Assembly (NCBI GenBank): GCA_028826165.1 | Contig: JAPDFW010000033.1 | Coordinates: forward strand, 186,001-250,000 | Length of the DNA stretch: 64,000 bases | Direction of reading: 5' to 3' | Source of the DNA: Anaeramoeba ignava BMAN | Lineage: Eukaryota > Protista > Anaeramoebae | Part shown: piece by piece, positions 1 to 11,326 of the stretch | Position numbering within the stretch: the stretch's first letter is position 1 | Layout: each line of letters opens with the position of its first letter | The notes under the pieces: generated by a model | Database searches by the model: none | What the model saw: the letters and a program-made list of their open reading frames with translations, nothing else | What the model was told of the DNA's origin: nothing | Made by a program: the position numbers and the translations under genes

Positions 1-295
1 TATAAATATAAATATAAATATAAATATAAATATAAATATAAATATAAATATAAATATAAATATAAATATAAATATAAATATAAATATAAATATAAAATAA
101 AATATAAATATGAAATATAAATATAAATATAAATATAAATATAAATATAAATATAAATATAAATATAAATATAAAATATAAATATAAATATAATTATAAA
201 TATAAATATAATTATAAATATAAATATAAATATAAATATAATTATAAATATAAATATAAATATAAATATATATATAAATATAAATATAAATATAT
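1..295. repeat. (TATAAA)n hexamer microsatellite, probably intronic in the aminotransferase-like gene
   Basis: Near-perfect TATAAA array ending shortly before the AAAAG acceptor at 324-325. Confidence 0.9.
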
Positions 296-325
296 TTATT
301 TATTAATTTTTTTTGACAAAAAAAG

Positions 326-3300
326 ACATTTTCAGTCAAAGATCTCTTTCATAAATCAGGACATCCACGAAAAATTAATTTATCAATTGGGGCTGTTGTT
401 GATGAACATGAAAAACCAATTGTTCTTCAAGTTGTGAGAGAAGTAAATTATATTACAAAACTCCAAAATAGAATTCAAAAATAAAATTCAAAAATAATTC
501 AAAAATAAAATTCAAAAATAAAATTCAAAAACAAAATTCAAAAATAAAATTCAAAAATCAAAATTTAGGTTGAAAGAGATATTTCTGGAAGAAAAGATAT
601 TAGCAAATCATATCTTTCAATTGATGGTTCATTAGCATTTTATAAAGAAGCAGAACAATTAATATTAAAAACAGATAATGAAGCAATTAAAGAAGGAAAA
701 GTATGTACAGTACAAACATTAAGTGGAACATCTGCTTTAAGAGTTACTGCTGAATTTATTCATTCAGAATTTCCTGATAAAAGCATTTATATGTCTGAAC
801 AAATTTGGAGTTTGTTTTAATCAATATATTTTTTATTCAATATTTTTTATTCAATATTTTTTAATCAATATTTTTTATTCAATATGTTTTATTCAATATT
901 TTTTAATCAATATTTTTTATTCAATATTTTTTATTCAATATTTTTTATTCAATATTTTTTATTCAATATTTTTTAATCAAAATGTTTTATTCAAAATTTT
1001 TTAATCAATATTTTTTAATCAATATTTTTTATTCAAAATTTTTTATTCAAAATATTTTATTCAATATTTTTTAATCAAAATTTTTTAATCAATATTTTTT
1101 AATCAAAATGTTTTATTCAATATTTTTTAATCAAAATGTTTTATTCAATATTTTTTAATCAATATTTTTTAATCAATATTTTTTATTTAATATTTTTTAA
1201 TCTATATTTTTTATTCAATATTTTTTAATCAATATTTTTTAATCAATATTTTTTATTCAAAATGTTTTATTCAAAATGTTTTAATCAAAATGTTTTATTC
1301 AAAATGTTTTATTCAATATTTTTTATTCAAAATGTTTTATTCAAAATTTTTTATTCAATATTTTTTAATCAAAATTTTTTCTTTAATTTGAAATTATATA
1401 AAAAAATAGCAAATTGCGTTCATATTTTTGAACATTCAGGTGTTCCTATCAAATATTTTAGATATCTCAAAGATCCTATTACACTTGATTTCCCTGCAAT
1501 GTGTGAAGATCTTGAAGTAAAAATATAGAAACTTAGAAAAAATTTAATAATAAAAATTTAAATTTGAAATTTATTTAAAATTAATAGAAAGTAGAAGAAG
1601 GTTCATTTGTTCTTCTTCAAACACCATCGCATAATCCAACAGGACTTAATTTATCAAATGAACAATGGGTCCATTTAGCTGATTTATTTATTGTATAAAT
1701 TAATTCAATTAAAAATTATTCATTTAAATTATTCAATTAAATTATTTCAAATAAATTATTCAATTAAATTATTCATTTAAAAATTATTCATTTAAAAATT
1801 ATTCATTTAAAAATTATTCAATTAAAAATTATTTCAATTAAAAATTGTTTCAATATAAATTATTCATTTAAAAATTATTTCAATTAAAAATTATTTAAAT
1901 TAAAAATTATTTCAAATAAATTATTTCAAATAAATTATTTCAATTAAATTATTTCAATTAAAAATTATTTCAAATAAAATTAATTCAAATAAAAAATTAT
2001 TTCAAATAAATTTATTCAAATAAATTATTCAATTAAAAATTATTTCAATTAAAAATTACAGAAAAAAAAATTGATTCCTGTTTTTGATTGTAAACTTCTT
2101 GGTGTTGTTTCGGGTGATCTTGATTTAGATGCTTTTGCACCACGACATTTTGTTGAAAAAGGAATTAATTCATTTATAATTCAATCTTTTTCTGAAAATA
2201 TGACACTTTATGCAGAAAGAATTGGAGCTTTATCTGTTATTGCAAGTACAAAAACAGAAGCACAAAATATTCGTACTCATTTAAAAGCTATTATTAGAGC
2301 AATGTATTCAAATCCACCTTCTCATGGTGCATTATTAGTTTCTACTATTTTGAGAAATGATTATCTAACAAGAAGATGGTGAGTTAATTCAAATTAAAAT
2401 TTATTCAAATTAAAATTAATTCAAATTAAAATTAATTTAAATTAAAATTTATTCAAATTAAAATTTATTCAAATTAAAATTAATTCAAATTAAAATTAAT
2501 TTAAAATTAAAATTAATTCAAATTAAAATTTATTCAAATTAAAATTTATTCAAATTAAAATTTATTCAAATTAAAATTTATTCAAATTAAAATTTATTCA
2601 AATTAAAATTTATTCAAATTAAAATTTATTCAAATTAAAATTAATTCAAATTAAAATTAATTCAAATTAAAATTAATTCAAATTAAAATTAATTCAAATT
2701 AAAATTAATTCAAATTAAAATTAATTCAAATTAAAATTTATTCAAATTAAAAATTTATTCAAATTAAAATTTATTCAAATTAAAATTTATTCAAATTAAA
2801 ATTAATTCAAATTAAAATTAATTCAAATTAAAATTAATTCAAATTAAAAATTAATTTCAAATTAAAATTAATTCAAATTAATTCAAATTAAAATTAATTC
2901 AAATTAAAATTAATTCAAATTAAAATTTATTCAAATTAAAATTAATTCAAATTAAAATTAATTCAATTAAATTACTCAAATTAAAATTTATTTAAATTAA
3001 AAATTAATTAAAATTAAAAATAATTCAAAAAATGGCCGAAAGAACACAAAAAATGAGAGAATTACTTTATAAAGACTTAATAAAATCTAAAACACCAGGA
3101 GATTGGGAACCACTCAAAGTTCAAAAAGGATTATTTTCTTATTTATCATTAAAAAAAGAACAAATCAAAGAATTAAGAGAAAAATATGGATTATTTTTAA
3201 GTGATGATGGACGTATTTGCATGTCTGCTATTAATAACTCAAATGTTAACTATATAGTTTATGCTTTAGGATGTGTTATTACTGGTGAAAAAAATCATAA

Positions 3301-3388
3301 TGGAATGAATGAAGAAGAATTGATGAAAAAACCTGATGTTAATAAAGAGGATGAAGATGAAGATGATGAAAATTCAAATTTAAATTAA
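326..3388 (+). CDS. Aspartate aminotransferase-like protein (class I PLP fold), 5' end outside the window, multi-exon; probable pseudoenzyme
   Basis: Exons at about 326-442, 569-809, 1410-1517, 1588-1692, 2062-2378 and ~3030-3388 translate to KINLSIGA, QTLSGTSALR, HNPTG, SGDLDLDAFAPRHFV, LYAERIG, IRAMYSNPPSHGA, QKGLFSY and DGRIC, all AspAT motifs. The SFSKN lysine reads SFSEN. Confidence 0.85.
2385..3025. repeat. Intronic 16-nt tandem repeat (AAATTAAAATT[A/T]ATTC)n
   Basis: Dozens of tandem copies directly after the GTGAGT donor at 2379. Confidence 0.9.
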
Positions 3389-3819
3389 TCTAAATTAAAT
3401 TTCTTTTCTTTTCTTTTCTTTTCAACATTTTTCTCACAACAAGACAATTTTTCTTTTTCTTTTTCTTTTTCTTTTTCTTTTTCTTTTTCTTTTTCTTTTT
3501 GTTTTCCTTTTTCTTTTTCTTTTTTTGTTTTCCTTTTTCTTTTTCTTTTTTTGTTTTCCAAAAAAAACATTCATCTCTTTTGCTTTTTTTTGGATCAAAA
3601 GATCTTCTTTTGCTTTTTGGTTTTTTTATTTCAATTAAAATCAGTTTTTTTTTTTTAAAATAATAATAGAACAATTTTCAAACAAAAAACAAAGAAAAAA
3701 ATAATAATAATAAAAAAAATAATAATAATAATAAAATGAAGATTGTTTCTTTAAAAAAAATAATCAATTTGTTTTGAAAAGTAAAGAAAAAGAAAAATAA
3801 AATTTCAAATTAAAAATTT

Positions 3820-6800
3820 TCAATGAAATAATTTTAAATGATTCTCCATTTCAATAAAAGAAATTGTACTAAAATTGCATTGATTATATTTGCAAAATAA
3901 ACGATTTTGATTTATATGATTTTGAGAGAAATTTTGAGGATGAGGATTAGAATGGAAATGAGATTGTTGATCATTTTGATTTATAAAATAATTTTGACTT
4001 GTTTCAAAAAAAGTTTGAAAATGATTTGAATTTTTTGAAGGAATTGGTTCAAACAAAGAAAATTGAGAAGATTCCAAAAGTTTCATTACATATTCACTTT
4101 TAATTGGTGATCTAGAACAATGAGAACAATGAGTATTTCTACATTTTCTAAAACAAAGGAAATTTTCTTTCATTTCGACATGTTGAAAAAAGAACAAAAA
4201 TTCTTGTTTAATTTTAAGTAATATTTGGTTATTTTCAATTTGATTAGGTTGAGATGATAAGAATAAATTAATAATATCAGTATCTGTTTGATTTTCATTT
4301 TGATTTTGATTTTCATTTTCATTTTCATTTTGATTTTGATTTAAATTTTGATTTTCATTTTCATTTTCATTTAAATTTTGATTTTCATTTTAAATTTTGA
4401 TTAAAATTTTCATTTTGATTTTCATTTAAATTTGGATTAAAATTTCCATTTATATTTCCATTTAAATTTGAATTAATATTTCCATTTAAATTTGAATTAC
4501 ATTTTTCTTCATATTTCTTTTTGGTTTTGTTTCGACTCTGCATTTTTTGTTCGAGTCGTTTTGAATCGCAACATGAAACTTTAAATATCCCAAATTTTAT
4601 ATTATTCCATCTTTCCTTAATAATTGACAAAGCATTTTTAAACACAATCTCATTTTTGCGTTGAAGTTGCAAATGAGAAATCAATTGTTTTGAAGGAGGA
4701 ATTGTTTCATTTGGCAAACAAGCAGAAAGCATGACATCATCCAGTCGAGAAAACAGTTGCTTCTCAACTTTCTCACGCATATTAATTTGCGATTCATTCA
4801 TATCTGGATTACCAAAATTTTGGATTATATCTTTGACTTCACTTTCATTTGAAAATCCATTTGAATTTTTTAAATTGCTTTCATTTGAAAATGTATTTGA
4901 ATTTTTTAAATTGCTTTCATTTGAAAATGTATTTGAATTTTTTAAATTACTTTCATTTGAAAATCCATTTAAATTTTTTAAATTGCTTTCATTTAAAAAT
5001 CCATTTGAATTTTTTAAATTGCTTTCATTTGAAAATGTATTTGAATTTTTAAATTCACTTTCATTTGGAAATGTATTTGAATTTTTTAAATCACTTGGTT
5101 TTATAGAAAATTTAGAAGAATAACACGCAATAAAAAGAGCATCTAAATCAAGATCTCGCCAAACACGACCAAATCTAAGTAGTGCAGAAAGTGATCGCGG
5201 ATCTGTATCAGGATCACCAGTTTCAACAATCAAACTTACAATTGGCGAAAGTGATTGACTGATGATGTTGAAAAGATCCGTGAACAAAAAATCTGGATTC
5301 GGGACATTTTCAAAAATCCCACGTACAAGAATATCCACATTAGCTTTTTGTGCTCCTGAATAGTGAACCCGACCGATACTGTCGGAAAATAGTTTGATGT
5401 TTTCAGGATCTTCATTTTCGTCAAATTTCCACTCGATAAATCCAGATGATATCACAGAATATCCGGGAACTATTATTGCTTTTCTTTCCTTTTTATCCAT
5501 AAATAATTTTCTTCTAATCCAGCATTCTGATGCCCAGTATTTTTCTGGTTCATCAAGAAAGGAGACAAAGTTTTTTTGATTTTGGGATTTGTTGAATGAT
5601 AACCCATTTATTTCTGGTAATTTTGATGTGAATAAGTTGTGGAGATCCATCATTGGAAGCCATCCGAATGAGAGTAAAAGTGCACTTGAGCGAAATCGAC
5701 TTGTGAATTCAATGATGTTTTGTATTCTTGTGTGTGAAATGTAATTTTCAGAATAATTTCTAGAATTCGATCCAAATGGATCATCAACGAATTCGTGTGC
5801 TATATGGTTTTTTAATATTTGTTTGTTTTCTTTTTTTTTCTTGCGAGTTTTTTGGATATCATTTAAATTTTCATTTTCTATATTTTCTATATTTTCTATA
5901 TTTTCTATATTTTCTATATTTTCTATTGTTTCCAAATATTGGAAATGATGACAGACATTATTTGGCGAAAGAAATAAGTTTGCTAAATCAGCATTAAGTT
6001 CCCACCATTTGAGAATTTTGAGCTGAGTTTCTTTGCGGATAAATTCGAGAATTTCCTTCTCCACTTTACTGAATTGAGAAAGAAAAGCCTCGTGAATAAT
6101 TTGGTTTATCATTTGGGTTTTTTTTTGTGGGGAATTTATGTTGTTTGATTGGGATGATACTATTGAATGGAAATTTGGGAAATACCAATTTGTTTCAAAC
6201 ATTTGAGAATTGTTTGGATTGCTTCTTTTTGATTTTGAATTTGGTTTGAAAACTGATGGATTCATTTCGAAATTGTTCTGCATTTGAAGTTGATATATTT
6301 TCAGAAAATCATTTTTCACATGATCAGCTGATTCTATTAAACGCGAGAAAATGCTGCGCAAAAATTGCGTTTTGTGGATATTGATAAACATTGTACAGCA
6401 TGCCATATGGACAACAAGTATTGGACATAAAGAGAGGATTTGTAATTCAAAAAAGGGATATAAATCCGGTGTAATTTTGTATTTCTGCAGAAATTCATTT
6501 GGATCACGAAATTTGCTTCGCTTCATTTCGCGCACAAAATCTTTCAACTTCGAAAGATTCAATGGAAACGTTTCCATCCCACAATTGATAGCGCGAATTA
6601 GAGTTTCCTCTGTTTTGTCCCAAAAACTAAAAGTAAGACATGCAAATGTGATGTTTTCCGTTTCTGTGTCAAGCATAAACGGCGAATCAAATTGGTTTTC
6701 ACAACAATGAGTATGCTGATTTTTTGCTGAGTAAAATTGATTTACAGAATCAGAAAGTGTTGAATTAGTATTGCAGTAACAATCCTCAATTTCGGGAAGA

Positions 6801-7975
6801 AGATCATCAAGTAAAATGGGTTTTTCCAAAATTTTCTCGTTTGGATTGTCGTGAACGGAGTGATGGGAATCAATTTCATTGACTAAGGGATTGGGTGGGA
6901 ACGGTTCATATCCCGTGCTATCTGTGTTTGTAAAATTTGCAGGATTGATTTTCGTATTCAAATTGGAATATTCCGTTTTTTTTTGTTCCTGTTTTTCAAA
7001 TTCCCCTCCATTTATATTCTGTTTTATCAATGTTTCTTGAATGCGAGTATCGTTTTCGGGAAAATTAATGTTCAATTCCGCTAGTGATTTTCTTGGAATA
7101 TTCTCCTTTTGTTTTAGATAATTTAAATTATTTAAATGATTTCTTTGCTCTTTTTCTTTCCGCTTTTTTCGTGAATTATCAACTCGAGAATTACTAAAAA
7201 CATCAATATTTGCAGATTTTGCACCTTGTTTTCGTGAGTTCTTCACTTGATGCTTTGGATCCGTTGGCGGATTGTTTCTTTTGCGATAAACTCTTTTTCT
7301 CAGTCTTTTTTTAGCTGTCAATAAAATTGCATTTGAATTTTTAAAAATTTTGTTTAATTTTCGTTCGGAAAGTTTGACATTTGATAAATTTTGAGAATCG
7401 GATAAATTATGTGATAAAGAACTGGCAATTTCAATCAAAGCGTTTTTGATTTCGGGTTCGTTCGCATCAACTGCATCAAGACTTTGCGATAAAATGGTCT
7501 TTTTCTGAGGAGCTCTGCGCAGTCCTTCTTCATATTCTCTGCGCAAATTACTATAATCATTCCAATTTTTTGCAAGTAATTCAAGATGATGGCTGAGTTT
7601 CTTGTTTGTAATCATTTCTGGTGTAATTTGTTGATTTGGTGTGAAATATTCAAATAATTCCTGGAAATTTTCTTCTTTCGATTTCTTTTGTCCGTTGGAT
7701 TCGATTTTTTTTGATTTATTTTCTGTTTTTACAACAGAAATTTCTTTTTCTTCTTCTATTTTAGCTTTATTTATCATTTTCTCCATTTCTTCTTTTGTGT
7801 ATTTCTCTACAAATTCTTGATTGTTTTTAACTTTTTTCCATTTCTTTTGTGCTTTATTGAAAATTTCTTCTTTTGTACCTTTTTTATGATTTTTTGAAAA
7901 ATAACTGTTTATAAAAATTTCATATTGATTTCTTGGATTTTGATAAATTGATTTTGGAGTTTTTTTCTTTTGCAT
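3820..7975 (-). CDS. ~1385-aa intronless protein resembling a degenerate Zator-type DDE transposase, with a C-terminal C2H2 zinc finger; one 1-nt frameshift near 4390
   Basis: Removing one T from the 4388-4391 run joins ORF 4385-7975 to ORF 3820-4197 with no stop (…NENQTDTDIINLFLSSQPNQIENNQILLKIKQEFLFFFQHVEMK…). Motifs PGYSVISSGF, DSIGRVH, LIVETGDPDTDPR, FGRVWRDLDLDAL, LPNETIPP, FRKCRNTHCSHC and terminal CKYNQC-x12-HLKLFH. Family call from motif recall. Confidence 0.6.
4838..5090 (-). repeat. Coding 36-nt tandem repeat (~7 copies of LKNSNxFSNESN)
   Basis: Visible directly in the DNA and in the ORF translation. Confidence 0.9.
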
Positions 7976-8123
7976 AAGAAAGTGAAAAAAAAAAAAAAAA
8001 ATTTTATATTTATAAAAGAAAAAAAATGAAAAATCAAAATTAAAAAAAATAAAAAAAATTAAAAAAATAAAAAAATTACTAATTATTTTTTTTTCATTTT
8101 TTTTTTCAATTAATAAAAAAAAA
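7976..8123. promoter_or_regulatory. ~150-bp divergent promoter with TCA(T/C)T initiator-like motifs on both strands
   Basis: Head-to-head ATGs at 7975(-) and 8124(+); TTTTCATTTT near 8091 on + and AAAAATGAAAAA near 8022 (TCATTT on -). Confidence 0.55.
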
Positions 8124-10957
8124 ATGAGTAATAAAGAAATTTACGTTAATTTTGAAGAATTAGAAGATGGAGAAATTCCTCCATTTTTAATTAAAAAAAT
8201 TGAAAAAGATAATTTAAATTCAAAACAAGAAGATAATTTTAATTTAAAACAAGAAAAAATTTTAATTTAAAACAGGAAAAAAAAGAAACTAGACAAAAAA
8301 ATACTCATAGAGAAAGCTTAAAACACTCAAATCATAATAGAAATCATGATCACAAACACTTACATAAAGAAAAAATTTCACCTAATCATTCTAAATCTTT
8401 TCCAAGAAGAGATAAATCAAAATCACAAAGAAAAAATGAAAATAAACATGAAAATAAAAAACATGAAGAAACAATGAAAATAAAAAACATAAACATGAAA
8501 ACAATGAAAAATATGAAGATAAAAAACATAAACATGAAAAATATGAAAATAAAAAGCATAAACATGAAAACCGTGAAAAAAATGAAAATAAAAAACATAA
8601 ACATGAAAACCATGAAAAAACTCATTCTTCTTCAAGAAACTCTAATAAATTATCACAAAAAAATACAAGAAAAAGTTCCCATAAAAATCATACCGATGAT
8701 AAACATATTGAAACCGTTGAAGATAAACTTCTCAAAATCATGTCTTTAGAAAATGAGGATGAAATCATTGAAAAAGAAAGAAATGAACGGAAAAAAAGAC
8801 TTCGAAAATTAAAAGAAGTATTAAATAAAAAAGAAGAAAACATAGAAAATCGTATACATAATAATAATTATAATGGTAATATTGTTTATACGAATAATAC
8901 AGATAATGACATTGATAGGAGTAACGAAAAGAAGGAGATCCAATTAAAGCAAAGATATGGGTATGAAAATAAGGATGAAAACGTTAATGCCAATCAAAGT
9001 CAAAATTACAATGAAAAACAAAAACATAACCAAAATTTAAATCAAAGTCAAAATTTAAATCAAAATCAAAATCAAAATTTAAATTTAAATTTAAATTTAA
9101 ATCAAAGTCAAAATTTAAATCAAAATCAAAATTTAAATTTAAATCAAAATTTAAATCAAAATCAAAATCAAAATCAAAATATTAATATTGATATTAATGT
9201 CAATCAGAGTAATAGTAACGATTCAAATGGTTTTTTGACAGATACAATTAATTCCGAAAAAAAAGATCAAAACAATCAAACAGAAATTAAAACAGAACCA
9301 ATTCTAGATATTTTTTCTGCTCCTTATAAAAAAGATAGACAAAAAAGGAAAATAAAAGTTGATATTTTCAAAGAATCTCAAAATATGTTAAATGATCCAA
9401 TAAAACGTTTACGTAGTAAAAATGAATATAATCCAAGTCTTTCTGCAAATTGGGATGATGCAGATGGATGTTATTGTAAGTTTTTTAAAATTCATTCATA
9501 AAATTAAAATTAATTTATAAATTTAAAATTAAAATTTATTTATAAAATTAAAAATAAAAATAATATTAAAATTAAAATTAATATTCATTTATAAAATTAA
9601 AATTAAAATTAAAATTAAAATTAAAATTAAAATCAAAATTAAAATTAAAATTCATTTATAAAATTAAAATTAAAATTAAAATTAAAATTAAAATTAAAAT
9701 TAAAATCAAAATTAAAATTAAAATTCATTTATAAAATTAAAATTAAAATTAAAATTAAAATTAAAATTAAAATTAAAATTAAAAATTAAAACCAAATTTA
9801 AAATTCATTTATAAAATTAAAATTAAATTTAAAATTAAAACCAAATTTAAAATTCATTTTAAAATTAAAATTAAAATTAAAATTAAAATTAAAATTAAAA
9901 TTCATTTATAAAATTCATTTATAAAATTAAAAATAAAATTCTTTAATAAATAGTACCTCAAATCAACGAAATTATCGATACTCGTTATCGAATTATCGCA
10001 ATCCAAGGAAGTGGAGTGTATTCAACAGTAGTTCGAGCGGAAAAATTAGAAGAAACACATCAAGAAGTAGCGATCAAAATACTACGAAACAAAGAAATGA
10101 TGCGACGAGCAGGATTAAAAGAAGCAGAAATACTTCAAAAACTCAAAGAAAAAGATCCAAAAAGAAAATGTCACTTTGTAGAATTATATGAACATTTTGA
10201 ATATCGAAATCACTTATGCTTAGTATTTGAGATGTTATCAATGAACTTGCGGGAATTACTTCGCAAATACGGCCGAAACACTGGGATCTGTTTAGACGCA
10301 GTGCAATATTATTCAAAGCAACTATTCATATCATTAAAGCATCTCAAGAACTGCAAAATTATTCACACTGACATTAAACCAGAAAACGTACTTGTTGACA
10401 AGTCCAAAAAAACGTTAAAATTAGCCGATTTTGGAACTGCTCGACATGCTGACGAAAATGAGATCACAGAATATCTTGCAAGCATGTTTTACCGCGCGCC
10501 CGAAGTTATAATTGGGCTCCCTTATTCATACGGTATTGATATGTGGGCTCTCGGTTGCACTCTTGCTGAACTTTATACTGGTTCAGTTGTTTTTCCTGGT
10601 AGATCTAATAATGATATGCTTAGATTGCATATGGAAACTAAAGGTCCTTTTGCTAAAAAAGTCTTGAAAAAAGCCCTTTTTGTTCCTAAGCATTTTACTC
10701 AGGATTTCCTTTTTCTTCATCAATCTTTGGATCCTATTACTAATACTCTTCTTACTAAACCTGTTGTTGTAGAACAAAATCCTCAAAGGAGTCTTTATTC
10801 TTTGTTGAAAATTGACCAAATTCCAAAATCTGATAAAGTTATGAGAAATAAACTTTTGCAGTTTAAGGATCTTTTGGAAAAGATTTTTATTTTGGATCCT
10901 TCAAAAAGAATTACAATAGAACAAGCGATTGCTCATCCTTTTTTGACTCAGAATTAA
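8124..10957 (+). CDS. PRPF4B: Serine/threonine kinase PRP4 (CMGC group), 2 exons (8124-9475, 9954-10957); two homopolymer frameshifts in exon 1
   Basis: NWDDADGCY|LPQINEIIDTRY…GSGVYSTVVRA…NHLCLVFEMLSMNLRELLRKYGRNTGI…DFG…FYRAPE matches PRP4K; Lys/His-rich N-terminus; GT-AG intron 9476-9953. Confidence 0.92.
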
Positions 10958-11326
10958 AATTATTATTAAAATTAAAATTAAAATTATTATTAAGATTATT
11001 TATAAAATTAAAATTATTATTAAAATCATAATTAATATTAAAATTAAAATTAAAATTATTATTAAAATTAAAATCAAAATTATAATTAAAATTAAAATTA
11101 AAATTAAAATTAAAATTAAAATTATTAAGATTATAATTAAAATTAAAATTAAAATTAAAATTAAAATTAAAATCATTATTAAAATTAAAATTCAAATTCA
11201 TTTATAAAATTATTATTAAGATTATTGATTAATGGATCCAATTTTTTTTCTTTTTTTTTTAAATTTAAAAAAATAAAAAAAAATTTTTTTCTTTTCTTTT
11301 TTTCATTTTTTTCATTTTTTTTTAAA

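Noticed and set aside
1-295. (TATAAA)n as a telomere or TATA-box cluster
   Set aside because: It is followed by a splice acceptor and an internal coding exon, so it is best read as an intronic microsatellite.
8250-8480. Frameshifts in PRP4K exon 1, and others near 4390, 20520, 22450, 23040-24430, 26000-28520 and 48735, read as pseudogenes or programmed frameshifting
   Set aside because: Those examined fall in A/T homopolymers, and 1-2-nt corrections restore continuous ORFs, which is typical of long-read consensus error.
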